From assembly GCA_977016875.1 (NCBI GenBank), contig CDRNST010000002.1, positions 2,418,001-2,482,000 on the forward strand: a DNA stretch of 64,000 bases, read 5' to 3'. The number at the start of each line of letters is the position of its first letter. Within the stretch, counting starts at the first letter, position 1. The notes under the pieces were generated by a model. It searched no databases, was not told the DNA's origin, and saw nothing but the letters and a program-made list of their open reading frames with translations. This document shows, in pieces, positions 12,042 to 26,243 of the stretch. Both the position numbers and the translations under genes were made by a program. The stretch comes from Pavona decussata (taxonomy: Eukaryota).

Positions 12042-14439
12042 TGATAAAACAAAAATGGTAATACTTGCCTGAATAAAACGAAGAAAATAAGATTTTACTC
12101 CAAGGTGATCTTTCCTTATCGATGACAAAGGAGAGAAGGAATAATAGCATTGAAACTAAATATACCCGAGACAACGCCCCCATATCCCATTGGCTAGATT
12201 TGGCGTACCTGGTACAGCCTTACCCAACGGATTATCATGTGAGCACCATGCCTTGCTATAAATTACATTATGTCTAGCATAATGTCTGTTTTTTTGATAT
12301 GATATCACCATGTCACTCAAATTATTTGGGCTACAATTCTACTGTATGGAGCTGTGCAAGTGGGCAACTTAAAATTTTGCTTAATGTTAACTAAAAGGAT
12401 TACTCCACTAGCATTCTCCTAATTGAAACTTCGGAGAACAGTGGTTAAACTATTTTGGAAGGTTTATTACTTACTTGTTTAGGAAAGCTACAAGTATTTC
12501 ATTTCGATATTTGGGGGTCTGGATACTTCACATTCACAATCAGAGTTGTCATCATCTGTTGACATGAGATGTTTACTTAAGCTTCCAAAAGCTTTGGTCT
12601 CTATCGTCCTTCACGAAATTTTTTCTTCTTTCGTATTTCTGGAGAAAAATAAAAAGAATATCACATTAAAATCCATAAGGTCAAAACATTGTCAAGCCAA
12701 CAAGGAGAAAACAAAATGGCTACAACCACTGGCTCTTAATTGAAGGGATCAAGAAGGCATAGAACAACTTCAGGCGAAAACTTTCGTTAAGGCAACGCGT
12801 TTGTGGTACTGAGTTACCAAATTTGGCTTTTATAAAGAATGGCATACCCATTCTTTTCAAAGGTTTTTCCTCTTCTCTTTCTTCGTTTCATCGGTTATTT
12901 TACTTAGAGCCGTTCTGCGAATATGTTCATGATACTTTTTCACAGTTCCTAAGCACAAAAAGAAGAAAATATTAGAGATACATATTTCATTTTGAGTATG
13001 AACTTTTTGACTTTAACCGGCTCACGTTAAGGCTTGTTCAAAAATGGACATTGGAAATGGAAATGTAAAGACTTCTCGCATCTGCGTAAAAAGTTGAAGG
13101 TGGATCAGACACAAGCTTTTATTTTACGCACGTAAAGCCAGTTAAATTCATACCCGCTAACGTACAAAAAATTACGCGACACTGTAAATCCACCTTTAAG
13201 TTTGGGTGGAAAAATTCAGTTGCAATGGAATGTTAGCAGCAAATAGATTATTAGCTCTCCATTGCTATCTCGTAGCAGTTGATTCGGGATTCGCCCTTAA
13301 CCATCACGCGATAGAAACCTCGAGCTTATAATTTAATTGTTAATTGAGAACTTGGGCTCGTTGTTTTGAGTTAGAGACTGAATAAATCAATTAGTCTGCA
13401 GATCTGGCTATGTGTGAGCGAACGGATATCAATATAGCAAAACCAGGGCCAAGAGCCTAATTGTTTATGTAATTGTCTGTAGAAATTTTTAAGGACAGTA
13501 GTCAAAACTTAAAATTCCCTTAAACTTTAACGCGCGTGCAATCATGTTCCTATCCAGTATCCTTTTCCTGACTTTAGATGCAACACAGATCTTCAAGACA
13601 AAAGTATTTCAAAATTTTTAAAAAAGGAAGAAAACTTTATCATGCTACCTAACTCTACCCCGCTAAACCCGCTGTTCTTACTTTAAAAACTGTGAAGCAA
13701 GCAGCAAAAGAGAAATGAACTGCTTTTTCCAATTAAAAAAAACATCCCGATGTTTCTGAAAGTACCTCTGAGTCAACCGCTGTATTAAATTTGGAAAGCT
13801 GACACTTTGAGAACAGCACGCGGTAGATGTAGCACCGTAGACTGTAGATGGCTGCAAGCAATTTAACTTAAGAGCTTTGCTCAAAACAGCTTTTAAAATT
13901 CGCTTTGGTGATTTACATTTATGATTAGCTGATATTGTTGGTTTTATTGACAAAGCAGTCCCTTTTGTTCAGTCACCTTTTGTTCTTAGTCCCTCAAGCG
14001 TAAAGGGCGGTCCCGAGTGGAAAATCGAGAGCGACCAAATTATCTCTTTTTCTTTTCACCCTCAGCGGACTAAGCGAAGAGAGACTGCTCGTAGTCTAAG
14101 TTGCTGTTTTTGGGACGCTCTTGATTGAGCATTCGTCCTATGCATTCCCACTTCCCTCCCTTCTCCCTCCATAAGCCTCACGCGCAATGTAAAGAAGTGA
14201 TCTATTTTACTCACGCTCCCCTTCCTAGGTACTGATTGGTGGCATCTCTGCTATTATGTAGCTTGTGCACTCCTTCCTTTAAGTGAGAGCCAAATAGCGG
14301 CGTGCCATTAGTGATGTTACCGAAATCTAAACTGAACTAACATATAGCTTTTCCCCCAAAACCCTGGAATTTTTTTTTAGTAATATATGGGATCAATGCT
14401 GCCATCTGGGGATTGTTAACAAGAACCAGTATATCCTAC

Positions 14440-15230
14440 ACGTTCTTAACAACGTACATGATCGCATAAAATGAAGAGTATCGAGCACGTTCTCAACAAC
14501 GTGCTCCTTTCTTGATCCTTCGTCTAGATATTGTCTACATGATATAGTATACCAGATCGCGTACATATCAATAGTAGTACATAGATCGTGTACATACAAG
14601 ATCGTCTACAAGATCGTGTATATACATCGTGCACGTATATGTGTACAAGATCGTCTACAAGATCGTGTATATACATCGTGCACATACATGTATACAAGAT
14701 CGTTTTACAAGATTGCATCGTATACATTTGAGATAGTTAATAAGATCCTCTAAAACCAAAATCGTATACATAAAAGATTGTGTACATTACAATATCGTGT
14801 ACATTTTAGATCGTCTAGAAGATCGTGTACATAGAAGATAGTGTACATTTGAGATAGTGTACATACAAATCGTGACATACAAGATTGTGTACAGAGATCG
14901 TGTACATACAAGATTGTGTACACACAAGATCGTGTACAGAGATCGTGTACACACAAGATTACAGGGATCTTGTACATACCAGGTCGTGTACGTACAAGAT
15001 GTACAAGATCATGTAGATTTATTGTTAGATTGGGTTGTACATTTGAGATTGTGTACAAGTGCGCATTTAATACTGTATGCAAAGATCGTGTACATACAAG
15101 ATCGTATCGTACGCAATGTACATACGTATGCAAAGCCGTGCACAATTACGTATGCAAGATGCAAGATCGTGTACATACAAGATGGCATGCAAGATGTGCA
15201 CATATCAGATCTTACAGGAAATATGCACAC
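14440..15230. repeat. Degenerate minisatellite with core ACAAGATCGTGTACAT
   Basis: Dozens of variants of AAGATCGTGTACA. Confidence 0.9.
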
Positions 15231-15800
15231 AAACCGCACCTGGGTTGGAGCTGAGGGACTGGAACCCACATGTTTTCGAGTTTATTACATGAAGTTTTTT
15301 TTTCTATGCTATTTTAACAAAAGCAAAATGTGAGCGTTTTTTTACGTCAATTCCCGAGTTTTCACGACTAGAAGACGTCTGAAGAAAACCCACAAGTTTT
15401 GCCCATTAATAATAGACTCCATCTCGGTACAATCCAATTTGGCAGAAGAATGGTTTTATCATATATTTCGTAGGCCTGGGGAATCTATTTGGTTAACACA
15501 TGCTACATACGGTAAGTAAGCTTAAATGTAACGGAAATATTATGGAAATATTTTCTGAACAGCACCATCAAGTAATGAAAGTATTCATACAAGTACCACT
15601 GTCATAATGTCTATCTTCCATAATCAACGTGAAATGGGTTTGAATCGAGAATGCAATTTGACAGTGTAAGCTTTATATAAAGCGACAACAGTTTATTTGC
15701 AGCCCCAAATACAAAAATGAAAAGCAAATAAGTAAAAAACAATAAACTAAAAAGAAATACAAGTACAGTAGTAATTACTTTAAGAGAAAATATGTTGTGG

Positions 15801-15925
15801 TTCAATTTTATCCTTGGTCTAAATTTTATTTCCCTTTGTTTTGGGGTATGGTGATGTATGATATTGAGTTTAAAACAATGGGAAATAAAAATTAAACCAA
15901 GGATAAAATTGAACCCGGCAAATAC
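15801..15925. mobile_element. Short foldback MITE
   Basis: GGTTCAATTTTATCCTTGGT ... ACCAAGGATAAAATTGAACC inverted repeats. Confidence 0.7.
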
Positions 15926-16789
15926 ATAGCATTGAGAAAGCAATTTAATTATAGCAGTGAATAACAATCACGTTCTTTGTTTCCTCTTCTGAAAAGTCTC
16001 CATCATCAATAATAACTAGTTTTTTTTGTTTTACTGATATAAGGGTCCTTATTTGCTCATGTATTAATTACAGTGAAAAACAAAATGAGTTCATTTTCGA
16101 CCTTGTTTGAAGAATAATGTGGACAAAATTGTATATTTTCGTATACACGATGATGATGTTTTTTAATTTTGTGTGTGTGTGTGGCTCTCAGACCTTGGAA
16201 TTTTGAGGAAAGAGAAAAGTGGCGGAGCGGGAGGGTTTTTTTTTTTTTAAATCTTAGCCTACTAACATTAGCCGCTTGTGATTATTTGTTTTTAAAAAAA
16301 AACCCTACTACAATGTAACATAAAGCCACTTGTGATTTTATCAAGTCAGTTAATGTTCTATGAACCCTTAAGCCCCTGTAGTGGCACAAGATGCAATTTG
16401 CATGAAATTTGCACAACTAAAAGATCGTGGAACGATATGCACATGGAAGGCATGTCAGGCTCCCCCTTAAAATTCATTAGCATTTCATACACAGATTATT
16501 TAAGAATTATTCATAACATGAGTGTAATGTTTATTTGCTTTACAGCAAAAACCACTTACATATTTTACTGTCAAATTATTCCATTCTGTCACATTTATAT
16601 GTTGTGGTTCACTTTTGGTTTGTTTTGTTTTGTTTAAAAATCTCATTTCAGTCACATTTCTATTCCCCTCTCTTCGATTAATGGTGGAAATACTTTTCAA
16701 AGCATAAAAAAGTTATGATGGTTTGAAAATATTTAATCCCCGAAAATTATGTTTGAGAACCACAACATACATGTATGTGAATTTATTTT

Positions 16790-19700
16790 AAGCAGTCACT
16801 TCTTGGTTTTCCAATCATCAGTGTAATCGTTTCTTCTCATCCTTTCAACAGGTCTTTAAAATTAACTCCTTGAGGTACTGTTATGATCACATTGTTCTCC
16901 TCCGTTTTCATCCTCACAATCATCCCGTCCCTTTGATTTTGTCCTGTCAGTATGGTCTGAAATAATATCCAAAACATTTTTTCAATTACTCACAGCTGTA
17001 TATATCAAATTACATGAAAGGGTCATTCATTCCATGCAGCCTTAAAACAATTTTTAATTGATAGGATTTTTTTTTTCAAGTTTACAAACAATATTTTTTT
17101 TGATTTCTTATTATTTGTCTACTGAAAGCCATTGTAAACATCACAAAGAGCATATTATAGTTTTCACAGCATTGAAACGCCAGTAGGTTTATGGAAACTG
17201 TCCTAACTTTACATTTGAAGTTACCTTGAAAATAAACTATTGATGTTGTCTCAATTGAAAGAAATTTCTTACATGCTGTCTTCTCTTGTGTTGCTGTTAA
17301 TATAACTTCATTATATTTGCTGTACCTTAACTTGGCTGTTTTTGTCAGCTGTCAGTTTAATTTTTTTTCCATCTTGCTTTTGTACAATAACGTGAATATG
17401 TCCCTCTGGCTGAAAAAGATGTTAAATACATTGCATGTGACATTTTACTTTTAACTAAAAGGTATACGGTCATGTACATGCACTGCATAAATTTTGCACT
17501 TGTTCATCATTTGTGCGTGGTTCACACAATGTTGGCATTGAAACCTTATTTCTATTTCAAATACAGTAGTTTAAATTGTCAGTATCTTTTAATTTGTTAA
17601 ATCTAAAGCTTTTGTACATGATTTGCTGACATCTTGGAATTTTTTTGTGGCAAAAAGGTTTTCCAAAATATCCAGAATACAGAGCAAGGGGGTTTTGGCA
17701 CTTGGACCTCGTAGAAAGATTTTCCCAAAATTTAAAATAGAGTGATAATAATATGATTTATTAGATTATAAACTTAAAATTTTTGCTTCATTTGACATGA
17801 ACATGCAGTTTGTGTAAGTCAGCCTAACTGGTCAATTGTACCAAAACATTTTTCATTTGCCTTTTCTACCATTTTTTAAAATTGTATATTTTCAGTAAGG
17901 AGTTTACATGAATAATTATGGTATTTTTTTATTTACCCTTTTGGTCACCATTTTTTATTTTCTTATTCTCATCATTTACAAGCTGCATTATGTAGCTCAG
18001 TATTATATTAGTATTATGTTGTTAATTTCTTTTAGTTTCTATCTCGAGTGTTTAATAAATGTCTTTGTTACCCAACATGAAGCCAGAAATAATTTTCAAT
18101 TAGCTTGTGATACCCATTGTTGGCTTAATCACTTACTAGTTCATCAACCACATGCTGTACTTGAGGGGACGTATTGTCTTGCGCCTTGTATTCAGTTGCT
18201 GCTGTAGCCTGTATTACCAGAAATATACAAATATGATTGAAATATACAAGAATGTGAATAGAATAAGTCATAGGAAACCAACCAAATATATTCAAGTTGC
18301 TGCCAAAACAGTTTTTGTTTCCTCGGAAAATTTTCTTGGTTTAATTGTTAACAAGTGAAATGTAACTATTGGCCCAAATGATGTTAAAATCTATATTTTC
18401 AGTGCTGCTTATTTTGTTATAATATTTAACTAGTTACGTACCTCTTTTGCTCTGTCAGCCAATTCCTACCAAGGGGGAAAAATGATATTTTTTTTGTTAT
18501 TTGCTTAAAATGTACAGTATCTACCTTATAAATCCCCATATTGAAGTCAACTCAATGCATTCAGTGCAGATTAAAAACATGCGTTTCTAAATACACCGTA
18601 GTTTGCTTGATTTCAGTAATTTTTCACGACAAAAATTAAAACCTCCTAATTTAATTTTGTATCAGCATCTCCCAAATGTTCGTGTATGTATATTATTTAA
18701 CCTGTGCTGCCCTATTCCATTAAGGGGTTGACAGGTTAATTTCCTTAATGATTCACAGTTTGCTTATTTTGCAGTGTTTTTTGTTTGTTTGTTAAGGGTC
18801 CCTTACGTGAGGTGGTTGGACCCTCATACAGGTCCTTACAAGGTCCTTGCCTGTTCAATCATATCCCTATTAAATTGATTAAAAAGATTGTTTTAAATAA
18901 AAGGTTGTCTTAACAGCACATTCACATTAACATCATTATTCTAATATTGACATTTCTACTTCCTCTATTTTACTTAACTTCTGTGTGTGCACATTTGTGT
19001 GCTAGTCAGTTTATTGTCATAGACCTTCATTTGTGAGGCATGCCAACTTGTGGTTCTTTTCAGTTATAAACCAGCCTTTCAGAATGTTTGTCAAATTTAC
19101 AAAGGAGTGGTTGGTTTCTCCTAGTTATAGCAGACCAGTGGGATGTTTTTTGAGTTTGTTTGTACATTTAGGGCTAGTTTATTGATTGCTGTGTAAAAGT
19201 GCTAAAAGTAACTCCATGTACAATGGATTAGTATTCCAATCTGCCGTTGAAAGTAGTTGCTTCGAGGTACATAAATTTGCCCAAGCTCCAACCATGTCTG
19301 CCATTTACTTTAGGGTAACATTGCAACAGGCCTGCTTATTTGAGACCCCATGCTACCCCATGTATTCTCATTCTATCTCTTTACTTTAGTTCGCATTTGA
19401 TCATTAATAGGCGAGTTTTTCTTACCTTTGATACTTTATTGCCTCTATGTTCTGAATGTTTTCATTTATTAAATTAATCAGGTCCTTGGGAGTAATGTTA
19501 TCACCTGTTTGTGTGGTGATAAACCAAAAAACATTTATTGTCATCATACTCTTGCAAGTTGTCGTTATCTGCTTAAATTTCTAAAGGTAACTCATGCATG
19601 ATGCCTAATTGCATTATTTGATGTATTGCACTTTAATCCTGAAATTAACTTGAAATGTACATTAAAGCGTTTTTTTTTTATTAATATACTTTTCCATGTT

Positions 19701-20870
19701 CCACTGCTAGTAGTTTCAGTGTAAATTTTATGAATAAAGTATTGTTGTATGTACCTGCTAACCATGCTCCCACAATTGGACGTTGTGTTAGCCCAGTGTG
19801 GAGGGGAATAAGCACATGGAGGCCAGATGTCTCTCCTCCAGTTGCTACCTTTAATGTCTTCAGCACCTCTGATGCTTGAGGGGAATTGCAGTGAGCAACC
19901 CACAGCAGACATCTGCTCAATTGCCCTACAACTTCTTGATTGCTATTAAGTCCCCTAAGGTGAAACAGAAATTCACTTATTTATTTTATATCATATTCAT
20001 GATTATTAATAATACAATAATATTTTCAACAATCATCGTTTCCTGTGTAATCTGTTTCTTAACTCACCTCAAGGCATCAATTGTTTCATCTTGGTGGTCA
20101 AAAAGGATTACTATCAATGGGATTAGATCTTGGTGGCTTTGTATATTGGTCTTTGAACAAAAGAAAATCACAACTTTTATGTCAGAGGTAGTCATGTGCA
20201 TTCCTAAACATGGCAAATTTGGCTAGATATAAATAATAATAAATTATTAATATTGTTGTAAAAATCATTCATTTTTGTAACTTGCCTCCTGGAAGGTAAA
20301 AGGACATGGTGCTATCACCTGCGGTATGTTGTTTTGTTGCAGCAGAAGCCGCAGCAGCTGCACCTGTTGCAGGGGACCATCTATCTCTGCAAATTATTAA
20401 AACAGTAAAAAGACCATAAACTAAAAATACCATTTAATTAATTGTTGCAATTTAAATTACTTGAAACAGTACAGATAAGTTATAATTTTAGGTCATTGAC
20501 AATAATAGTTTTCTGTAAAATGTCAGTATATAGTCTGTTTTTACCCAAAAGTTCGGCTCCTTCCAGAGAAGTTTGAATTTCTGAGTCACCCCCTAGACGA
20601 AAAGGAAAGAAAATCAAAATAAATACATACACAATAATGCTGCACGAGTCTCATTTTGTTTCAAGTGTCCATGTGCTTTTCAGTGCATGAACTGCTGTTA
20701 ATACATGTACTATCAAACTGTCACCAATAAAATGGTGTTTGTATTATTATTTGATGATAATAGTTTTTTTTAAAGTATGCAAATAGCCCAAGAACATATC
20801 ATGTTTGGATTACCAAACTGGATAGTTTCATCTATTTCCTCCACTGTGGCTTTTTTATACCAGAGATCTG
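16790..20870 (-). pseudogene. Decayed multi-exon gene of unknown family
   Basis: Coding-like blocks, mostly bounded by AG/GT, near 20815-20868, 20545-20594, 20280-20388, 20068-20223, 19756-19954, 19426-19504 and 16790-16956. Some contain stops. Confidence 0.4.
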
Positions 20871-21069
20871 TAAATAACATTGATACATGTATGTTTAATT
20901 GAAATTACAAGACAAGCAAATAGTTAATAGGTTGTCTATTAGTTTCCATATGTTCCTGGATTTATGAAAACAGAGCTCCAGAAATATTGCCTTATGTTAG
21001 GCTTTTTTTGCTTGATTTTTTTTTTCGCACTTTCTTTTGAGTCAATTCTAAGTCAATAAGTAGGAAGTC

Positions 21070-21439
21070 AATCTTGTGCCCAGAGTTCTCATGCTTTTTG
21101 GTCAGTGGGTAGGCGCCAGTAGATACTCTGGATAATTCGAAAAAGAAAAAAAATTTGTATTCTTTTTATTGGCTGCTCTGTACAAGCTGTGTAGCGGCTT
21201 GCATTGTTTTACCGCAGAAATCCTGAGGTAAAAAAATTCCAGTACCCAGCAATCTCGCACCCGAAGTCCTCGGGCTCTTTGGCCATCAGTTAGTCGCCAG
21301 GAGAGACTCTGGGGACCTCGATTTTATTACCGCAGGATTTCTGCGATAAATCAATAGAAACTGTTATGGAACAGCCCAGAAGTCTTTCCTGGCACCCACC
21401 TGCTGATCAAAATGCTCAAGGACTGTGGGTACGAGATTG
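21070..21439. mobile_element. MITE with CAATCTCGTACCCAGAG-type ends
   Basis: CAATCTTGTGCCCAGAG ... CTGTGGGTACGAGATTG, with a second left-end copy near 21250. Confidence 0.65.
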
Positions 21440-21530
21440 AAAAGAAATATAAAGGGTCATAAAAAACTATATTCTTCTTTTACACCTCCTGCCTCCCTCC
21501 CTGCCTGCCTGTTCGCACCTCTCCCCCTCC

Positions 21531-21534
<4 letters not shown>

Positions 21535-21574
<40 letters not shown>
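21535..21574. repeat. (TC)n microsatellite
   Basis: Seen directly. Confidence 0.95.
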
Positions 21575-21578
<4 letters not shown>

Positions 21579-23599
21579 GGTATCGTCAGGCACTTTTGTA
21601 ACATTTCCCTCCTTTTGCAATAATTTGCCGATTTTTACGTGGTAACGCACACCAACTTTTCAGTGGAAGCCTTTCATAATGAACCCCTTGCAGGCCAAAA
21701 TTCAAGAAGTAACTTTAAAATCAAAGGGATTAAGACGCTTTTTTATGGCTAGGAGGTTACAAAAGATCCCTACTCCGTGGTAAGCACTTTTTAAAAAGCT
21801 TTTTGATCGATTTCCCTGCCAAATTGTAGCTATTGCCTTACCATTTCTATGCCATACCATTCTCTCGATTACCACATTAATTTAAATTGGAGATATTGCG
21901 GCCCAGAAAATTTCGCCGTGTTTGTGTTTGACTTTTCATGTCCATGAAAAGAATCACGATTCGGAAAAAGCCCGTTTTTTGCATCGTCACTTTGGAAAAG
22001 CGATTTAGCCAATTTGAACTAACCAGCATTCACACGATTTTGAGGGAAGATTAAGAAGTCCTTTGGTAATTTGACAAAGAAAAATTGAAGTGAATTGGAT
22101 GTATTTTTATTTTTTTATGAATTTTTTAAGTTACCGATGTCTTAAAACCGGCAACGTTACAAAACGTCCCTATTTGCTAGAAGTTCCAACAAGTGATTTC
22201 TACATAAATTCTTTAGAGATAAGAACCAAAAGGGGCATCAATCTAAACATTACCACAGTAGAAATAAGTGATAAAAATTTTACGTCTTTCCTATAAAATG
22301 CAAGGGAACTAGCACTGTGAAAAGGGTTTATTCAACCTTGCCGCATTTTGCGTTATTGAGGATACTGATATATTGCTTACATAGTTGAATGTGTGACTCA
22401 TTGCATCGGTGAATGATCATGAAAGGTATAATGGGAGTAGGTTTACATGCGAAAAATTGCTGTTGTGCCTTTCTACATCCGGAAACGTATCCGAAAGGAA
22501 CGTTTTAATTAATAGTGAGAGCCTTTATATTATAGATTGACCACAATGTCGGTGTCAAGAAAACACCCTAAAGGCTCCAGGGCAAACCTCAGTGAGGTTC
22601 AAATTCAATTTAGAAAATATAAAGTAGTAGTGATACTATGGACTCAATTGATTCATTAAAGACAATGATGGCAATCAGAAGGCACTGCGATAACTAACGC
22701 ACGGTGCACCAGCCCTGTAAATCTTTGTTGTTCTAAACTACTTATAATTGCCTTTTGCGTATATCTCGCGTTTTTCTATTACTGCAGTTGCCATTATATC
22801 TTTGTTTTTATTCAATTTTTTCTTTTTGAGAGGATTTTTCAGAATTTCAATACATCTAGTTGTCTACGGACAAATTTCCAGTTAGGCTTAGGTTAAAACA
22901 AGGAGGCGGTGGCTGACGAAATGTAAACGACCCTACCCCTTTTTTCTTCTCAAAAAACTCCAGAATCGGTATCAAATGAGTTATTTGCTTGCGCAATCTA
23001 TTGGCGACGAAGCCGCGAACAAAGCGACCCAAGATCATAAGATTGAAATTTACAAGTGTGAACATATCCAAACAGTCAACATCGACGTGAAACTTTGAAC
23101 GAAGGGTGTGTTTCATTCATTTTAAAGGAACACACACAAGAGGCCCGTCTGAGATGTAACTTATGCAGTTTAATTCACGCCATAATTTATACGTATTATT
23201 TATTAAGGGCCATACCAAGAAACTGTTCTCTTTTCTCATGGTTTAAGCGTTGTTAGTTTCATTGGACACGGTCGTCAACCGGTTAAACGGTTAAAATATG
23301 AAAGGTGTCAAAGTAGGGCTTCCAAGATGGGCAAACCTAAAAACATTTAGGGTTGTTTAACACTATTTTTAAACTTTGACGCGTAAAAGCGATAATTTGG
23401 CCTTATGAACAACCTACGCCTGCTAACAAGCAGATAACTAAAAGGGCCCAAAGGCGAGTGGGCTCAACATTCTTAGTTTAGAGTAGGCCTTTCAAGATTG
23501 TGTCAAACTTGCTCCAAAAGATCGCTTATAAAAAGATAATTGGAATACGTACAAAATGCATCTCTGACAAATCTTGAAAGTTGCTTTCAAAATTAAATG

Positions 23600-24200
23600 T
23601 TTCGATGCGGAGGAAATGTTGCATGCACGAATTTACTTCTTTGCTACAAAGTTTCTCACATTCCCCGAAAAGTTGCAAAAAATTGCCAATCACAATCTGA
23701 ACAGGCCCAGTTAACAAGGCATTCAGGATTTTCCAAGGATTCCACCTCTCGCGGACTGGCTGTACCTCGGATTGTTGTAAAATTCTTCTATGACAAGTAT
23801 TTGCTATGCGGAGGAAATGTTGTACGAATTTACTTCTTTGCTACAAAGTTTCTCACATTCCCCGAAAAGTTGCAAAAAGTTGCCAATCACAATCTTAATA
23901 GGCCCAGTTAACGAGGCATTCAGGATTTTCCAAGGATTACACCTCTCGCGGACTGGCTGTACCTCGGATTGTTGTAAAATTCTTCTATGGCAAGTATTTG
24001 CTATGCGGAGGAAATGTTGTACGAATTTGCTTCTTTGCTACAAAGTTTCTCACATTCCCCGAAAAGTTGCAAAAAGTTGCCAATCACAATCTAAATAGGC
24101 CCAGTTAACGAGGCATTCAGGATTTTCCAAGGATTACACCTCTCGCGGACTGGCTGTACCTCGGATTGTTGTAAAATTCTTCTATGGCAAGTATTTGCAA
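23600..24200. repeat. Three near-identical tandem copies of a ~197-bp unit
   Basis: TGCGGAGGAAATGTTG at about 23606, 23807 and 24004. Confidence 0.95.
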
Positions 24201-25215
24201 TAAGTTTATCTTGTTCTCGTTCGGTTGAGTTAATGTTAAGCATGATAAAGACATTAGGTAATGGAGTGGTTTTCAATACTTTTTAGCACAAAGTTTAGTA
24301 CTTTGGCCAGTAAAAAAAATAAATTAGCGCGCGATGTTCCTGTTCAATTTCAGACCTCATCAACCCAAAGGAGCAACAATAACTGTTGATGTTGACCTGA
24401 AAACCGCTCTATTGCCCATGATTAAGACACTTGATCCAAGTGCATGCGATTTTAGCAAAACATTGCAGTTGTCGAAAAATACCCAGAAAGCCGCAGCCAC
24501 ACGATTTGTTCTTTTGTTTGCGTGGTTAACGCAATGTTTGGAATATTCTTGTAGCGGAAATTGCACTCGGATGATGTAAAGACACTCGACATTTAGGTTA
24601 GTTGCTAAGCTGTTTCTTCAGCTCTGTTAGGGTTGTTGTACGTACCATTCTTACCACGCGCTAGTGGCACAATATTTCCAAAAATCATATTACCTTTACA
24701 AGGAAAAAAAGAAGAAGAAGAAATGTTGTAGCTGCGGCTTTAGGGAATACCTGAAAATGTATGATAGTTCATGTAGCTTGCGTTTATTGCTACTTTTTTC
24801 ACGGTATGCTTTGCCAACAATTTGAATTAAGAAAACTCAATTTCATTTATTACTAAAAAGCTAGATTGTAGATTTCAACTGTAACTTGTATTCGGCAAGC
24901 TCGTTAATTATAGCCAATGTGCTCGACTTTAAAAATTTTCAGGAAGTCATTTTCTTTATAAACATAGCACAGGATATGGGCAATCAAACGCCCTCGCACG
25001 TTTATCATATCCCGTCAGCATCAATAAGCTATTAACTCTGTTGTAATTGATTTTCCTATGAAATAAAGGAATATGTTAATTCCAGTTAAGTTAACAAAAG
25101 TAACTAAATTGCATCTTGTTCTTTTGAAAATAGTGACGTAACACAAGCAATACTTAAAATACACAAAAAGTTGAAATGTGTGCTTCAGCCTCTCGGTCAT
25201 AAAGTGAAATAAGTG

Positions 25216-26161
25216 TACCGTAACTATTCGAATAAACGCCTCCCTAGATCAAACGCTGCCCTCGAATAAACGCCGCAGGGACTAGCAAAAATCAAATAAA
25301 CGCCGCGATCTTTCTCGACATTGCGGCGTTTATTCGAAGCATCTATTTATCACCAATATAAGCAATTCAAGTACCCATCTTTGAAAACAAAAGCCAACAT
25401 TCAATCTAAACCAGTCGTGGAAATTTATTTTTCTCGACTGTAATGTTAGTGGCTATACTTCGTAGCTTCGCTGCTTAGCTCAGTCTCTCTAAAACTTCTG
25501 CGATGCGCAATTCCGTGGTAACAGCCGAGAATCTTGCCGGTACAACTAGTCTGATTTCTCTCTTTCTTTTGCCAGTGACTTTTGCAAATACGTTGTTCTC
25601 AGTGTTTGCGCGTAGGAAGTTATTCAATAAGCTCGACAGACGTTTAAATGACAATAAAATCACAATTGTTGTGACAAGGTTTGCGATAAACGCTGCCCTC
25701 GAATAAACGCCGCCCTCAGATAAACGCCGCATCTTAAAGGGGAAGTATCATGGGTGTTTTGATATCTTTTGTTAACAATGATGAAATAAGACCTTCAATC
25801 AGCTGCCAGATAATTCTAGAATGACGAGAGGAACGGCATCAACTCAATTCTTGAAAGAAACAACTTGTGATCTGTTCTAGCGCATTTTGGAAACAAAAAA
25901 GCGAGAACTTGAAAAACATTAACCTAATATTTTTCAAGTCCAATCCAAACCGGCCAACCCTGTCACTGGCCAGAGGCACTAATCGACAGTTTTATTGCAC
26001 TGGGGTGATAATTTTTAACAAACTTGACAATTATTTCGTTGTTTCTGCTAACAGACAAAACATTTTTGGGTTTTGAAATGACAGCAAATTTGCGTGATAC
26101 TTCCCCTTTAAGTGTCAAAAATTTATTAAAAGCCGCGGCGTTTATTCGAATAAATACGGTA
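25216..26161. mobile_element. TA-flanked Tc1/pogo-type MITE
   Basis: TACCGTA..TATTCGAATAAACGCC ... GGCGTTTATTCGAATAAATACGGTA, with internal AAACGCCGC repeats. Confidence 0.8.
25738..26107. mobile_element. Kolobok-type MITE nested in the pogo-type MITE
   Basis: TTAA|AGGGGAAGTATCA ... TGATACTTCCCCT|TTAA. Confidence 0.88.
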
Positions 26162-26243
26162 CTTTAGGTTATCGCGTTTAATCATGTGCATAACCTGTTT
26201 TCTAAATAGTGGTAACAACAACAGTTAGAGTTTGTACAACTTG

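Larger units (their letters stand above)
3403..12225 (-). mobile_element. DIRS-order (Ngaro-like) tyrosine-recombinase retrotransposon with nested insertions
   Basis: Co-oriented SGNH hydrolase, gag, RT, RNase H and YR ORFs. Boundaries are approximate. Confidence 0.85.

Noticed and set aside
12225-12320. Continuation of the Penelope RT on the far side of the DIRS element
   Set aside because: No DD-containing continuation is visible, so an empty site cannot be reconstructed.
14393-15333. Cys/Tyr-rich overlapping ORFs (also 38154-38516 and 23526-24276)
   Set aside because: Translations of tandem repeats.
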